Shown: piece by piece, positions 1 to 10,720 of the stretch
Layout: every line of letters begins with the position of its first letter
Position numbering within the stretch: the stretch's first letter is position 1
DNA from: an uncultured candidate division Zixibacteria bacterium
GTDB lineage: Bacteria > Zixibacteria > MSB-5A5 > GN15 > PGXB01
Reading direction: 5' to 3'
Length of the DNA: 64,000 bases
Assembly (NCBI GenBank): GCA_963702205.1
Contig: OY969724.1
Location: forward strand, 128,001-192,000
The notes under the pieces: generated by a model
The model's database searches: none
The model's input: the letters and a program-made list of their open reading frames with translations, nothing else
What the model was told of the DNA's origin: nothing
Position numbers and translations under genes: made by a program

Positions 1-932
1 TGCCTGCACCCCAGGTAGTCTTTTTCTATCAGGTTCAGCGGTTTCCCGGAATTTTTAGCAGCGATCAGCAGTATCTTTATCTGGCCGGGGAAATATTTAA
101 ATAAAACCAGCCTGCCAATATCATGCAGCAGGCCGGACACAAAAAAATGTTCGGTATTTTCTATGTTCTTTTGAGATGCCAGTATTCTTGAGATTATCCC
201 GCAGGCAAGGCTGTGTTTTAAAAATGAATACATATCGATAATGTCTCTCGGGATATCCCTGAAAAGATCCATTATACTGACGCCGAGGGCAAGATGCGTG
301 ATTTCTTTTGAGCCTATCAGTGTTACTGCCCTGGAAATATTGTCAATCCTGGAAGGGAAACCATAAAAAGCGGAATTTACAATCCTTAATAATACCGTCG
401 TGAGGCTCGGACTTTTATTGACTATATTGGCCAGATCGGAAGCGGATGCAAATGGAGCGGCTATAATTTCATTGAGTCTGAAAACTATGGAAGGGATTTC
501 AGGAAGCCTGACGTCCTTTCTTTCAATTTTTGATAAAATATCGATCTTAATTTGATCCTTTTTATTATCGTAGCATTCATTGAAATTTACTCTTTCATCG
601 CTGATCAATATATTGTTTCGTCCTCTGTAAAGAACAGCTAACCGGAACAGCTCCTTAATCGCGGGATGTTCAAGGTCAACGTATTTGAATGCAAATTTTG
701 TGTTTTCCGTTACCCTTTCGATTAATTCCGGATCAGGGACATATTCGGGGATTTCTTCTCTGCCACAATCTCCGTCTATGCAAACTTCATATACCCCCCA
801 GATTTTAAAAATTCTTATATGCTCTTGTCGCAGTATCTCTCCCTTTGAAAGCAGGAGCCTGGATGATATATCTTTGACATCCTCCGATAAAATCATCCCT
901 GCCTTTATGTCGTTTACTGCTACAATGCCCAT
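1..932 (-). CDS. HDOD domain signal-transduction protein (3' end runs off window)
   Basis: Not in ORF track. Manual translation from ATG at 932 gives MGIVAVNDIKAGMILSEDV...LPEIPSIVFRL...LLRIVNSAFYGFPSRIDNISRAVTLIG...GLLHDIGRLVL, which contains HDOD motifs. Confidence 0.9.
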   Translation of the reverse strand, partial: MGIVAVNDIKAGMILSEDVKDISSRLLLSKGEILRQEHIRIFKIWGVYEVCIDGDCGREEIPEYVPDPELIERVTENTKFAFKYVDLEHPAIKELFRLAVLYRGRNNILISDERVNFNECYDNKKDQIKIDILSKIERKDVRLPEIPSIVFRLNEIIAAPFASASDLANIVNKSPSLTTVLLRIVNSAFYGFPSRIDNISRAVTLIGSKEITHLALGVSIMDLFRDIPRDIIDMYSFLKHSLACGIISRILASQKNIENTEHFFVSGLLHDIGRLVLFKYFPGQIKILLIAAKNSGKPLNLIEKDYLGCR

Positions 933-1047
933 ATTTCCATTCCTTATGATATTCCATGATGATTCTGAATATTCAGATATATTTTAACTATCGGAAAATA
1001 ATTGAAAAATATTGAATAAAATGGGGAATTAAATATCTTTATCCATC

Positions 1048-1419
1048 TTAAAAAAATCGATCCCATACAACCAGCAACCATACAATAGCTGCAACGCATA
1101 TGCTTAAAAACACCGAGGCGGAACCCAGGTCCTTTGCCCTCCCGGAGAGTTCATGTTTTTCCATGCCGACCCGGTCCACTGTTGCCTCGACGGCCGTGTT
1201 CAACAGCTCTACAAGAGGGATAATGAAATAGCTGAGAATAAGGATTGCCCTCTGGGTGCCCGTTGATCCAAGAAATAATCCGGCAGGGACTATTACTATC
1301 CCGGCTAAAATCTCCTGTCTGAAGGCCTCTTCGTTTTTCCACGCGGCCTTAAAGCCTGCAAGACTGTAATAAAAGGCGTTTACCAGCCTTTTAAATCCTC
1401 TGTTTTTATCATCACCCAT
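1048..1419 (-). CDS. dgkA: Diacylglycerol kinase (DgkA family)
   Basis: Motifs AWKNEEAFRQE, ELLNTAVEATVD and HELSGRAKDLGSA; three TM segments. Confidence 0.93.
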   Translation of the reverse strand: MGDDKNRGFKRLVNAFYYSLAGFKAAWKNEEAFRQEILAGIVIVPAGLFLGSTGTQRAILILSYFIIPLVELLNTAVEATVDRVGMEKHELSGRAKDLGSASVFLSICVAAIVWLLVVWDRFF

Positions 1420-2604
1420 TTATCCGCTTCCTTGCCTTGTTTTGAGGGGATCTTTTTTTGTAAAATCAATAACAGTTATTTCCGGAGGTGAAAGAAACCT
1501 CACTGGCGGCCCCCATGTCCCGGTTCCCCTGCTGACATAGAGGTACGAACCCTTCCCCAGGTAAAACAAACCGTGCATATATTTATACATCATGCCAACT
1601 ATCAGGTTAAAAGGAAATATCTGGCCGTTATGGGTATGCCCGGATAACTGTATGTCAAACCTGCCTACACTGCTTTTTTCAATACGAGGCTGATGTTTAA
1701 GCAATATATCTATTTTTTCAGGGGTAAAGCATTCTATCACTTCATTTTCATCGATCTTCCCTGCTGATCCATCTCTGTATGCTGCCGGGTCATCAACTGC
1801 AGCCAGTTCAATGAACCTGTTAACCTCCACACACTTATTCCTGAGCAGTTTAAAACCGCATTTTTCAGTGAACCTTGTGCTCTTTGCTATGCCAGTGATA
1901 AATTCATGGTTTCCGGTTGTAGCATATTTACCATATTTTGTTTTAATAGCTCTGAATAAATCCTGTACCCTATCGGGTTGTCTTAAACCGTCATCTATAA
2001 GGTCGCCGGTTGACACCAGAAGATCAGGGTTAAGGCCCCGAATGGTGTCAGTTATTTTATTCGCCAGCCTTACCCCGTTTATCCGGCTGAAATGTATATC
2101 GGATACCTGGACAATCCTCAGGTTATTAATCCCTTCAGGAAGCTTGTCTGTTTTAAGTGTTATTTTCTCGGGCCTTATATTCCACGCCTCATACATTCCA
2201 TAAAAATTTATGAACAGGATCACAGATATGATAACCAGTAATGTTATCCTCTTATCAGGAATGAGTTTTATAAGGGAAGGGTTAAAAATTCGTGAGGATA
2301 TGAATATAAGTAACCTGTACAGGTCCACTGTCAGATTAAAGACAAAGAGCAGGAAGATTATACCCATCCACAGGTAGCCAATATATGTAACTGCGGTGGA
2401 CAGTGCTTCCGGACTCCGGTCCTCCATTACACGCATGATGATCGGACAAAGCATGAGAAGGCAAAGAACAATGATAAAAACAATATTTTGGGTCGGGGAA
2501 AGACTGAATGCCTTTGTTACTTTTCTGTAAAAATAAAAATGCAGCAGACCATACAGCGTAAGGAATATCCCTATAAACATGACAAAAGCATAACTGGTTC
2601 TCAT
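1420..2604 (-). CDS. Membrane-anchored metallophosphoesterase (YkuE/YaeI-like)
   Basis: N-terminal TMs; SDIH, GDLID, GNHE, SGHTHNGQ and SRGTGTWGPP motifs. Confidence 0.9.
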   Translation of the reverse strand: MRTSYAFVMFIGIFLTLYGLLHFYFYRKVTKAFSLSPTQNIVFIIVLCLLMLCPIIMRVMEDRSPEALSTAVTYIGYLWMGIIFLLFVFNLTVDLYRLLIFISSRIFNPSLIKLIPDKRITLLVIISVILFINFYGMYEAWNIRPEKITLKTDKLPEGINNLRIVQVSDIHFSRINGVRLANKITDTIRGLNPDLLVSTGDLIDDGLRQPDRVQDLFRAIKTKYGKYATTGNHEFITGIAKSTRFTEKCGFKLLRNKCVEVNRFIELAAVDDPAAYRDGSAGKIDENEVIECFTPEKIDILLKHQPRIEKSSVGRFDIQLSGHTHNGQIFPFNLIVGMMYKYMHGLFYLGKGSYLYVSRGTGTWGPPVRFLSPPEITVIDFTKKDPLKTRQGSG

Positions 2605-2798
2605 TTCAGCTCCATGGAGGTGGAAGATTCTTCTACCGGCTATATAATGGAAAGGGGGTATAGAGTCAATCCATACTGATTATTCCTCTTGTTCAAAAAC
2701 AATTCACCACCCGTTCGCTTACTCACCAGGAGAGTTTTAGACAAGAATACAAGAATATGATATTTTTATATTTAAGCGTTCTAAAAAGGAGAACAATA

Positions 2799-3320
2799 AT
2801 GAATGGAATAATCGAAATTATTGAAGGTGATATTACAAAACAGGATGTGGATGCCATTGTAAATGCTGCCAACAACTCACTCCTTGGAGGTGGCGGGGTA
2901 GATGGCGCCATACACAGGGCAGCTGGCCCCGAACTGCTGGCAGAGACAAGGACACTGGGAGGCTGCCCGACCGGTGAGGCACGCGCAAGCGGGGGACATA
3001 AGCTGCCGGCAAAGTGGGTGATACACACGGTCGGCCCAGTATGGCGGGGCGGCAGCAATAATGAAGACGCCCTGCTGGCAGGCTGTTATAAAAGCTGTTT
3101 TTCACTGGCAAAAAAACTTGGTGTTAAAAGTATTGCGTTTCCTTCGATAAGCACCGGCGTGTATGGCTTTCCCCTGGAGAGGGCAACAAAAATAGCATTA
3201 AAGGAAACAAGGCTGATCCTGGATTCGGACTATGCTCCGGACAGGATAATCTTCGTCTGTTTCAGTGAAAAGGTTTTTAATACATATAAGGAGGTTTATT
3301 CGGAAGTTTTTAAGCAATAG
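2799..3320 (+). CDS. ymdB: Macrodomain O-acetyl-ADP-ribose deacetylase (YmdB-like)
   Basis: GDIT...[22 protein letters not shown] and [22 protein letters not shown] before ATG 2799. Confidence 0.92.
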   Translation: MNGIIEIIEGDITKQDVDAIVNAANNSLLGGGGVDGAIHRAAGPELLAETRTLGGCPTGEARASGGHKLPAKWVIHTVGPVWRGGSNNEDALLAGCYKSCFSLAKKLGVKSIAFPSISTGVYGFPLERATKIALKETRLILDSDYAPDRIIFVCFSEKVFNTYKEVYSEVFKQ

Positions 3321-3558
3321 CGTATAGAGTTTTTGTGCATATTCAATTGGTAATGGTCTCCCCATTTCTCATCCTACGATTTTATTTTATCTTCATACTT
3401 ATAAATAAGATGCGTATCTCTGGTGAATGTACAGGCCTGGTACCCATTACACCGGGCTTGAAACTGGTTGAAATTAACCAAATGAGGATTATGTTTGTAA
3501 CAGGCGGTCTGGAAAAAGGGCCATCGAATTGCGCACGGATTAGAGAGGAGGAGAAAAA

Positions 3559-4917
3559 ATGAAAACATTAGGTATATTAAAGCGGCTCTCCTTCCTGTTC
3601 ATTGTCCTTGTCATGGCTATGCCTGTTGCGGCATCGGCCCGGGAGAGTCAAACCGTCCAATCCCGGGAAGCGTTGACACAGATGCTGGCGCCCGTTGCGC
3701 TTTATCCCGATGTCCTCCTTTCCCAGGTACTGATGGCGTCGACCTATCCGCTGGAAATCGTGGAGGCCGATCGCTGGATTAAAGAAAATCCGACCCTGAC
3801 CGGCGATAATCTGGATGAATACCTGAAGGACAAGGATTGGGATGCAAGCGTCAAGGCCATCTGCCATGAACCGAAGCTGCTGTCGCTGATGAGCGAGAAG
3901 CTGGATGAAACAACGCGTATCGGCAACGCATTCCTGATCCAGAAAGATGATGTAATGGATGTGATCCAGAAACTTCGCTCCCGCGCCTACAATGATGGCA
4001 ATCTGTATTCCAACGACAAACAGAAGGTAGTAGTTGAAAGCAGCGGCAACATTGTGATCGAACCGGTAGATACGCAGGTCGTATATGTGCCCTATTACAA
4101 CACCCGGTATGTTTACGGCGACTGGTGGTATCCGGCCTGGCCGCCATGGTATTGGGGGCCTGATGAACTGGTGACCGGCACCGGTATCTACTTCTGGCCA
4201 AACGCTTATATCGGATTCGGGCTCTGGAGCTATTTCGACTGGCCGGATCGGACTATCATAATACATTATCATCATCGCCCGCATTATTTTCACCGCGATT
4301 ACAACTGGAGGGCCTATTCCGGCCGATGGCATCATAATCCTCACCATGATCGCGGAATCAGGTACGATCACCGGTCAGCCGCCGATCGGTCACAGAGCTA
4401 CGTTGTTGTAAATCACCGTAATGTGGAGGGGAACACCCGATCGTCTGTTCCTTCCGGCGAAACGCGATACCTGAATCAGTCAGGGCACCGGGGCATAATA
4501 AATCATCGTAAAGCCGAAACCTCGGCTAAAGGATATCGATCAAGGAACTGGACCATTGCAAATCACCCGGTCGACAGAAGGAACGGCTGGAACAGAAGAG
4601 CCGAAGAGCCGAAGAGCGATCGAGATACAAAATTCAAGAGGAGCGAAACGACAGGGCCGCTGCAAGAATGGAAACTCGTCATGAGGAGCATCAAATGGAT
4701 CACAGTGCCGGCACTTTCGGGAGGCCGAATTGGAGCAGGGACAGGCAAAGTTTTTCTTCATCCGGTTTCAATAGCTGGGCACATGGCGGCAGATCGTCCA
4801 GTTCCAGGAGAAGGTAATCGACGGCTCATCTTTTCTGACTCCCTGACAAAGTTACCATTATGTGAATTATCCAGCTTAAACATTTTTTTGTTGTCATCCT
4901 CCGGCCTGCCCTGTTAA
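3559..4917 (+). CDS. DUF3300 domain secreted protein; C-terminal tail frameshifted by an 8-bp duplication (likely ancestral stop at 4817)
   Basis: Signal peptide; LAPVALYPDVLLSQVLMASTYPLEIVEADRW and IVIEP...VYVPYYN motifs; GGAGGAG RBS. Confidence 0.85.
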   Translation: MKTLGILKRLSFLFIVLVMAMPVAASARESQTVQSREALTQMLAPVALYPDVLLSQVLMASTYPLEIVEADRWIKENPTLTGDNLDEYLKDKDWDASVKAICHEPKLLSLMSEKLDETTRIGNAFLIQKDDVMDVIQKLRSRAYNDGNLYSNDKQKVVVESSGNIVIEPVDTQVVYVPYYNTRYVYGDWWYPAWPPWYWGPDELVTGTGIYFWPNAYIGFGLWSYFDWPDRTIIIHYHHRPHYFHRDYNWRAYSGRWHHNPHHDRGIRYDHRSAADRSQSYVVVNHRNVEGNTRSSVPSGETRYLNQSGHRGIINHRKAETSAKGYRSRNWTIANHPVDRRNGWNRRAEEPKSDRDTKFKRSETTGPLQEWKLVMRSIKWITVPALSGGRIGAGTGKVFLHPVSIAGHMAADRPVPGEGNRRLIFSDSLTKLPLCELSSLNIFLLSSSGLPC

Positions 4918-5007
4918 ATTTCCAGCAGAGAACCCAATTTAACAGGGTTCACCCGGTTAAATCCGCATAGCGGGCGGCAAAGCAGCATTTAACAGGGTTA
5001 ACAGGGG
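4909..5007. repeat. Clustered REP/MITE-like short inverted-repeat units
   Basis: CCCTGTTAAATT(4909-4920)...AATTTAACAGGG(4936-4947); ACCCGGTTAAAT(4951-4962)...ATTTAACAGGGT(4987-4998); extra TTAACAGGGG half-copy ending at 5007. Confidence 0.7.
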
Positions 5008-5056
5008 CGCGACCCCGCTGCTTTCCTAATAATGACAGATAAATCGGACCCAACCA

Positions 5057-6772
5057 ATGGATGCAAAAGATTATAAGAAAATACGGCAACTGTTTGACGA
5101 CTATCTGCGGATGTATTCATCACGCGATGATCAACTTACGACCTGCTTCAGCGAGGACTTTTCCGGCTTTACCGGAGGAGGGGATTTTCTGGTTAAAGAC
5201 AGGGAAGAATGGGTTGCGATTACCCGGCAGGACTTCACAGAGATCAAAGATCCGCTTCGTATCGAGCTCAAGGACGTGGCCATCCAGTCACTGGGTGATA
5301 CAATCGCCGTCACGACCGGTTTCTTCACCATTCATCTGCCTTTCAAAGACCACGTCCTGTCACGGGAGACAGCCCGCCTGGTACTGATCTTCCGAAAGGA
5401 ACCCGAAGGCTGGAAAATATCCCACAGCAGTATTTCCATTCCCTACAACCTGGTTCAAAATGGCGAAGTCTATCCGCTGAAAGAATTGATGAACCGTAAT
5501 CAGGTCCTGGAACAGCTGATCGACGAACGGACTGTCCAGCTTTCCGAGGCAAACGATCAACTGCAAAAAACAAATGAAGAACTGAAGCAGGAGATTGCCG
5601 AGCGCAAGCAGACCGGGGATGCCCTGCAGCAAAGCAATCAAAAATTTGAAGCCTTCACATCTATCCTGCCTGATGGAATCGGGATATTATCTTTAGATGG
5701 AAAAATACAACAGATATCCGATAAACTGGTTAAAATGCATGGCTATTCTACCGCGAAAAAAGATGAATATTTGGGGAAATCAGTTTTTGATTTTGTTGAT
5801 CCTTCAAGTCATAAAGCACTGATTGAAAATGTTCACAAAGTGCTGGCCGGTGAAGGGGATTACAGGCTGTCAGAATATCTGGCTGTTAAAAAAGATAACA
5901 GCCGGTTTTATATCGATGTGAATTCTACTGTTCTGCTTGATCCCAACGGCAATCCTGAAAGCATTCTGTATGTCGAACGCGACATCTCAGAACGCAAGCA
6001 GGCGGAAGCGGATAAGGAAAAACTGGCGTCACAAAACAGACAGCTTCAGAAATCTGAAAGCCTGGGCCGCATGGCCGGTGCTATCGCGCATAATTTCAAC
6101 AACATACTCGGGGCGGTAATCGGGAATCTTGATCTGGCCATGATGGAGCTTTCCGAAGGGGAGAGCCCTGAAACCAATATCACCAAGGCATTGAAGGCGT
6201 CCAGAAGGGCTGCGGAGATGAGCGGACTGATGCTGACCTACCTGGGTCATACATTCGAGAAGAATGAACCCATGGATTTTTCAGGGGCCTGTCGTCAGAC
6301 TCTGCCCATGATTCAGGCCATTATTTCGGAAAAAGTGATGCTGGAGACCGATCTGCCGGTTCCGGGGCCGGTTATCATGGCGAACACGAACCAGATTTCG
6401 CAGGTCCTTACCAACCTGATCACCAATGCCGGGGAGGCCATCGATGAGAGACAGGGTACCATTCGTCTGAGTGTCAAATCAGTTTTAGCCGGTGATATCC
6501 CGGCACAACACCGTTTCCCTTCGGACTGGCAACCTCAGAACAATGCATATGCCTGTTTGGAGGTAACTGATACGGGTTGCGGGATTGAGGATAAGGATAT
6601 GGAGAAACTCTTTGATCCTTTTTACTCCAGCAAGTTCACCGGACGTGGTATGGGCCTGGCAGTGGTCCTGGGGATTGTGCGCGCCCACAGCGGCGTCATT
6701 ACAGTGGAAAGCGAACCTGGTCGGGGCAGCGTTTTCCGGATTTTTTTACCTGTAGAGCGGAATACTCTTTAA
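5057..6772 (+). CDS. Sensor histidine kinase with N-terminal NTF2/SnoaL-like domain, coiled coil and PAS domain
   Basis: H-box GRMAGAIAHNFNNIL, N-box QVLTNLITNA, G-boxes DTGCGI and GRGMGL; N-terminus ends WKISHSSISIP (SnoaL-like). Confidence 0.88.
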   Translation: MDAKDYKKIRQLFDDYLRMYSSRDDQLTTCFSEDFSGFTGGGDFLVKDREEWVAITRQDFTEIKDPLRIELKDVAIQSLGDTIAVTTGFFTIHLPFKDHVLSRETARLVLIFRKEPEGWKISHSSISIPYNLVQNGEVYPLKELMNRNQVLEQLIDERTVQLSEANDQLQKTNEELKQEIAERKQTGDALQQSNQKFEAFTSILPDGIGILSLDGKIQQISDKLVKMHGYSTAKKDEYLGKSVFDFVDPSSHKALIENVHKVLAGEGDYRLSEYLAVKKDNSRFYIDVNSTVLLDPNGNPESILYVERDISERKQAEADKEKLASQNRQLQKSESLGRMAGAIAHNFNNILGAVIGNLDLAMMELSEGESPETNITKALKASRRAAEMSGLMLTYLGHTFEKNEPMDFSGACRQTLPMIQAIISEKVMLETDLPVPGPVIMANTNQISQVLTNLITNAGEAIDERQGTIRLSVKSVLAGDIPAQHRFPSDWQPQNNAYACLEVTDTGCGIEDKDMEKLFDPFYSSKFTGRGMGLAVVLGIVRAHSGVITVESEPGRGSVFRIFLPVERNTL

Positions 6773-6775
6773 TAG

Positions 6776-7537
6776 GAAACAGCGTCATTCGGTATACTGC
6801 CGGTCAAGGAATACAGCAAGTATGCACTTGTTACACGTGGACTCGAGAAAGGCCCCGGTATAAAGATGCTTCCTGAACCGACTCCGGAAATATCCAATAT
6901 GGAAACCATCACTACAGTTACGATTAATGATGACGGCTCAGCTAAAGGCAAATCAGACATCAGTGCAAAGGGTGGGATGGAATATGTTCTGCGCAGTTAC
7001 AAGGCCTCCATACCGCCGGGCCAGGAAGCCATGGCCGCGCGTGTCTTCCTGACGAGATCGGGTCAACAGGGTGAAGGCACGATAACAGGAAGTGATCCGC
7101 GTAATCTCACCAAAGATATTAAGGTCGAAACAGAGTCCACATTGCAGAACGTAATGACTATGCCGGGACCTGGTGCCTTCATGATACCTGCCGGGATACC
7201 GAATCCGTCTCCGATTGTTATGCTGGCTTTTGGGGCCGGTCTGCCCGAAAGAAAATTCCCCAGTTACCATAGCGGGTATGAAAAGGTTGAAATAACGTTA
7301 TTGACTTTGCCCGACAGCGTAAAAGTAACGCAGTTGCCAAAAGATGTTCTTGTTCGGAATCAATATGGGAATTACACTGCAACCTACAAACAGAACGAGC
7401 AGACAATCAAGGTGGAACGTCGTCTTTCTGTTAAAACACCGCGAGGGCTTTGTCCGCAGGAAAAATATCCGCTAATCCGCGAACTCGGCCAGGCCATCGG
7501 GCGGGATATGAGGGCGCAGGTATTGTATGGAGAATGA
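6776..7537 (+). pseudogene. 5'-truncated C-terminal part of a DUF3857/transglutaminase-associated (DUF3858-like) protein
   Basis: Frame stays open upstream of ATG 6866 (ETASFGILPVKEY...) up to TAG at 6773-6775, immediately after the kinase stop. C-terminus LPKDVLVRNQYGNYTATYKQ...ERRL resembles this family. No N-terminal domains or clear RBS. Confidence 0.6.
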
Positions 7538-7576
7538 TACAGGCACGCTTTTAGAAAGCCGTAGATTCTAAAATAA

Positions 7577-7646
7577 GGGGGCAGGACTTCTGTTGACTCC
7601 TGAAAAACGAATAGTTTTTACAAGGGGTAAAGGCAGAGTTGCCCCC
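7577..7646. repeat. Long imperfect hairpin between convergent genes (possible terminator or degenerate MITE)
   Basis: GGGGGCA...AAAAAC GAATA GTTTTT...TGCCCCC with intervening imperfect pairing. Confidence 0.4.
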
Positions 7647-7798
7647 GTGTTAACACCTTTATTTATACACCCTGTACAATACGAAAAAAGGTTTAGCTTC
7701 TTTTCAATTCTTCCTTAATCGCTATCCCCGGGTGCTAATAGTAAAGACGTCTCCCTTCAGGAATATAACGAAGAACAGTTAAAAAAGAAGAACATTAT

Positions 7799-9181
7799 TT
7801 ACAGGACATCTGCTTCAGCTCTTGTTCTGGCATTTTCTTCCATAATGTTTGCGAGCCTATCATCCGAGAGTGAGTAGAATAGCATTATTGTGAAGGCTAA
7901 TAATCCGCAGCATGCCGGGATGAAGCATATAAGATTCATAATACTGCTCACAAATTGGGGTGTTGACGCCATATTCGGTACATAGCCTATAAATGCCAGA
8001 CCGTAATTGGCAAGGGTTAAAGCAAGTGCGATTGCTATCTTGGTAGGCAGGGTAAACATTGACATTATAAAGGCACTTGCATCCTTGCCTGTTTTATAAA
8101 AACCATACTCGGCAGCATCCATGTACATTGCCTGACGTATGGGATAGCTGGTTCCTGCGCCAAGCACGGATGCAAAAACAATAAATGAATATACCCATGG
8201 GCTGGATGTGCCAAATATCCTTAAGGTCGTGTATCCCATTACACCCCAGAAGCCTGCAAACAGGTATGTTTTTTTCTTTCCTAAAAGAGCTACGATCCTT
8301 GGGGCAATTAGAGTACTTACAAAAACCCCTATCCCCAGTATAAGAGTGTACTGAAACATAAATTCTTCATTTCCCGCTACATACTTGAAATAGTAAGGCC
8401 CGAATGTGGAAAGGCTGAAGATGCCCAGGTTTACTGCGATATCCGCTGTCATTATAAACCTCAAATGCCTGTTGCCTAAAACCTGTTTTACCATCTCTCC
8501 AAAGGTCAGGTTAAAAGCCGGTTTAAGCTTTTTATTGGGATCGTATGTGTCATATCCTCTTGACTGATAAAAAAGGAACCAGTACCCGAACACCTGAACA
8601 ACGGCAAGTATCCCGACTGTATAGAAATATCCCCATGTCGGACTTTCTTTACTGAAATAGTAAAGCATGTATTTCACTACGACCACACTGAAGATAATCT
8701 GGCTGAACATGCTCAACTGTATATTCCTGGTCGATAGCCTCAACCTCTCCTTGACATTATGCGCCAGTACAGAAATAAGACCGAGGTGTGCATTATATGC
8801 GAAATTAAGACTTACATGGGCGATCATGTATGCAAGGCTTAGATAGACAACTTTTGGGTAGTAGCTCAAAGGGAGGTTGGTAAATGTGAGGGTAAAAAAT
8901 ATACATGTTAACACAGGCGGAAACACAAGCCATGACCTGAACTGCCCCCAGCGAAACTGTCTCTTTTGAATAAAATTGCCTGAAACCGGTACAGAAAATG
9001 CATCAACAAGATGGGTTATGAGCGTAATGGTACCCGCAAGGGCCGGAGCTATTAACGCTACGTCTGTCAGGAATATGGAATAATAGTTTAGGGCCAGACT
9101 CATCATCAATGAGAAGGTCATACTCGCGAACCCATAACTGTTGACAAGTAGACCGGGAAGTCTTTTCTCAGTTTTCTCCAC
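7799..9181 (-). CDS. MFS transporter, glycoside-pentoside-hexuronide (MelB-like) family
   Basis: About 12 TMs; FLTDVA, DAFSVP...RWGQFRSWL and MDAAEYGFYKTG motifs. Confidence 0.88.
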   Translation of the reverse strand: MEKTEKRLPGLLVNSYGFASMTFSLMMSLALNYYSIFLTDVALIAPALAGTITLITHLVDAFSVPVSGNFIQKRQFRWGQFRSWLVFPPVLTCIFFTLTFTNLPLSYYPKVVYLSLAYMIAHVSLNFAYNAHLGLISVLAHNVKERLRLSTRNIQLSMFSQIIFSVVVVKYMLYYFSKESPTWGYFYTVGILAVVQVFGYWFLFYQSRGYDTYDPNKKLKPAFNLTFGEMVKQVLGNRHLRFIMTADIAVNLGIFSLSTFGPYYFKYVAGNEEFMFQYTLILGIGVFVSTLIAPRIVALLGKKKTYLFAGFWGVMGYTTLRIFGTSSPWVYSFIVFASVLGAGTSYPIRQAMYMDAAEYGFYKTGKDASAFIMSMFTLPTKIAIALALTLANYGLAFIGYVPNMASTPQFVSSIMNLICFIPACCGLLAFTIMLFYSLSDDRLANIMEENARTRAEADVL

Positions 9182-9308
9182 TTTTAAATTCTCCTTTTAT
9201 GTATATTCTCATACTGGAAAGGGTAATTTCGTCAGTCTCTGAGCTGAAATCAGTCCGATATACCATCAGAACAGGTATATATTTCCGGATGGCTCCAACA
9301 CGATCTGC

Positions 9309-10685
9309 CTAAACTTCTAATTCTGCCCTTTTTTTCTGATTCTCTGCCATGAAGAATGCTACTTTTTCATCGGTCAGGCCATAAAAAATAAAGACAAAAC
9401 CGGCAATGAGGTAGCATGCCAAAGGTAAAAACGCAATAAGATCCATCAGGCTGCTGATGAAATAGGGCGTGGCTTCCATATTCGCCTGATAACCCATATA
9501 TGCTAAAAACGCAGGAACTAATGTAATGGCTATGTCCATGCCGATTTTTACTGGCATTGTATACATGGACATGATAAATGCACTGGCATTTTTCCCTGTT
9601 TTATAGAATCCGTATTCGGCAGCATCCATGTACATTGCCTGTCTTATGGGCATGGGTAGATAGACAATAAGATTTGTACAGCAGATAATTGCAATATATG
9701 CGATTGGGCTGGTGGCGCCGTACTTCCAGAGCATCAGATACCCTATGGTGCCAATAAAGGCGGTATAAAGACATATTTCCTTTTTACCCACCATTCTTGT
9801 AACAGACGGCGCTATAAAAGTGCTTATCAGAATGGCGAAGGTTGTTAATAAAGGGTAGTACACCATCCATTTACTGTCACCTGTAACATACTTAAAATAA
9901 TAGGCCGCGACGGACGTAAGGGCAAATATTGCTATATCTTTTAAGGTATCAGCAATCATTATTATAACCAGGTGCCTGTTGCTAATTATCTGCATCAGCA
10001 TTTCAAACCCGGTTAGATTATGTGAAGGCTTTAATTTTTTATTTGGATCATAGCGGTCATACCCTTTTGTACGTAAGAACAGGTTCCAGTATCCTAATAC
10101 CTGAAATGCGGCCAGGAATATTACTATTGTAAAATATCCTATTGATTCTCCAAAGCGGGCATTCAGGATATTTAAAAGCTTTATAGCCACCAGACTGAAA
10201 AAAATTGATGAACTATACTGATATTGAACGCTTCTTGCTGAAAGAGTCGCCCTGTCATCAACATTGCCTGAGAGTACCGAAATAAGACCCAGCTGGGCAT
10301 TAAAGGCGAAATTAAGACTGATATGGGCAATTAGGTATGCCGCACCCAGATAGGACATTTTAACCCAGTAGCCTATTGAGGGTATGTTTGTGAAAGTGAG
10401 AGTAAAGAATACAAAGGTAGATAGAGGCAAAAACAGGAGCCATGACCGGAATTGGCCCCATCTGAACTGTGTCTTTTGTATTATTGCCCCGCTGACAGGT
10501 ACGGATACTGCATCTACAGTATGGGTAATAAACATGAATATGGATAAATGGACTGGAAGGATCAGTGCTACATCTGTCATAAAGTAGCTATAATAATAGA
10601 TAGCTACACTCATCATCATATTAAAGGTCAGAGTGGAAAACCCATAGCTGTGTATGACTAAAGCAGGAAGCCTTTTTCCATTCAT
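9309..10685 (-). CDS. MFS transporter, GPH family (tandem paralog)
   Basis: Same motifs as the neighbour; shares FRWGQFRSWL, YDPNKKLKP and PIRQAMYMDAAEYGFYKTGK. Confidence 0.88.
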   Translation of the reverse strand: MNGKRLPALVIHSYGFSTLTFNMMMSVAIYYYSYFMTDVALILPVHLSIFMFITHTVDAVSVPVSGAIIQKTQFRWGQFRSWLLFLPLSTFVFFTLTFTNIPSIGYWVKMSYLGAAYLIAHISLNFAFNAQLGLISVLSGNVDDRATLSARSVQYQYSSSIFFSLVAIKLLNILNARFGESIGYFTIVIFLAAFQVLGYWNLFLRTKGYDRYDPNKKLKPSHNLTGFEMLMQIISNRHLVIIMIADTLKDIAIFALTSVAAYYFKYVTGDSKWMVYYPLLTTFAILISTFIAPSVTRMVGKKEICLYTAFIGTIGYLMLWKYGATSPIAYIAIICCTNLIVYLPMPIRQAMYMDAAEYGFYKTGKNASAFIMSMYTMPVKIGMDIAITLVPAFLAYMGYQANMEATPYFISSLMDLIAFLPLACYLIAGFVFIFYGLTDEKVAFFMAENQKKRAELEV

Positions 10686-10720
10686 AATCTGATCCTCCGG
10701 AATGTACAGAATTATTTGAT

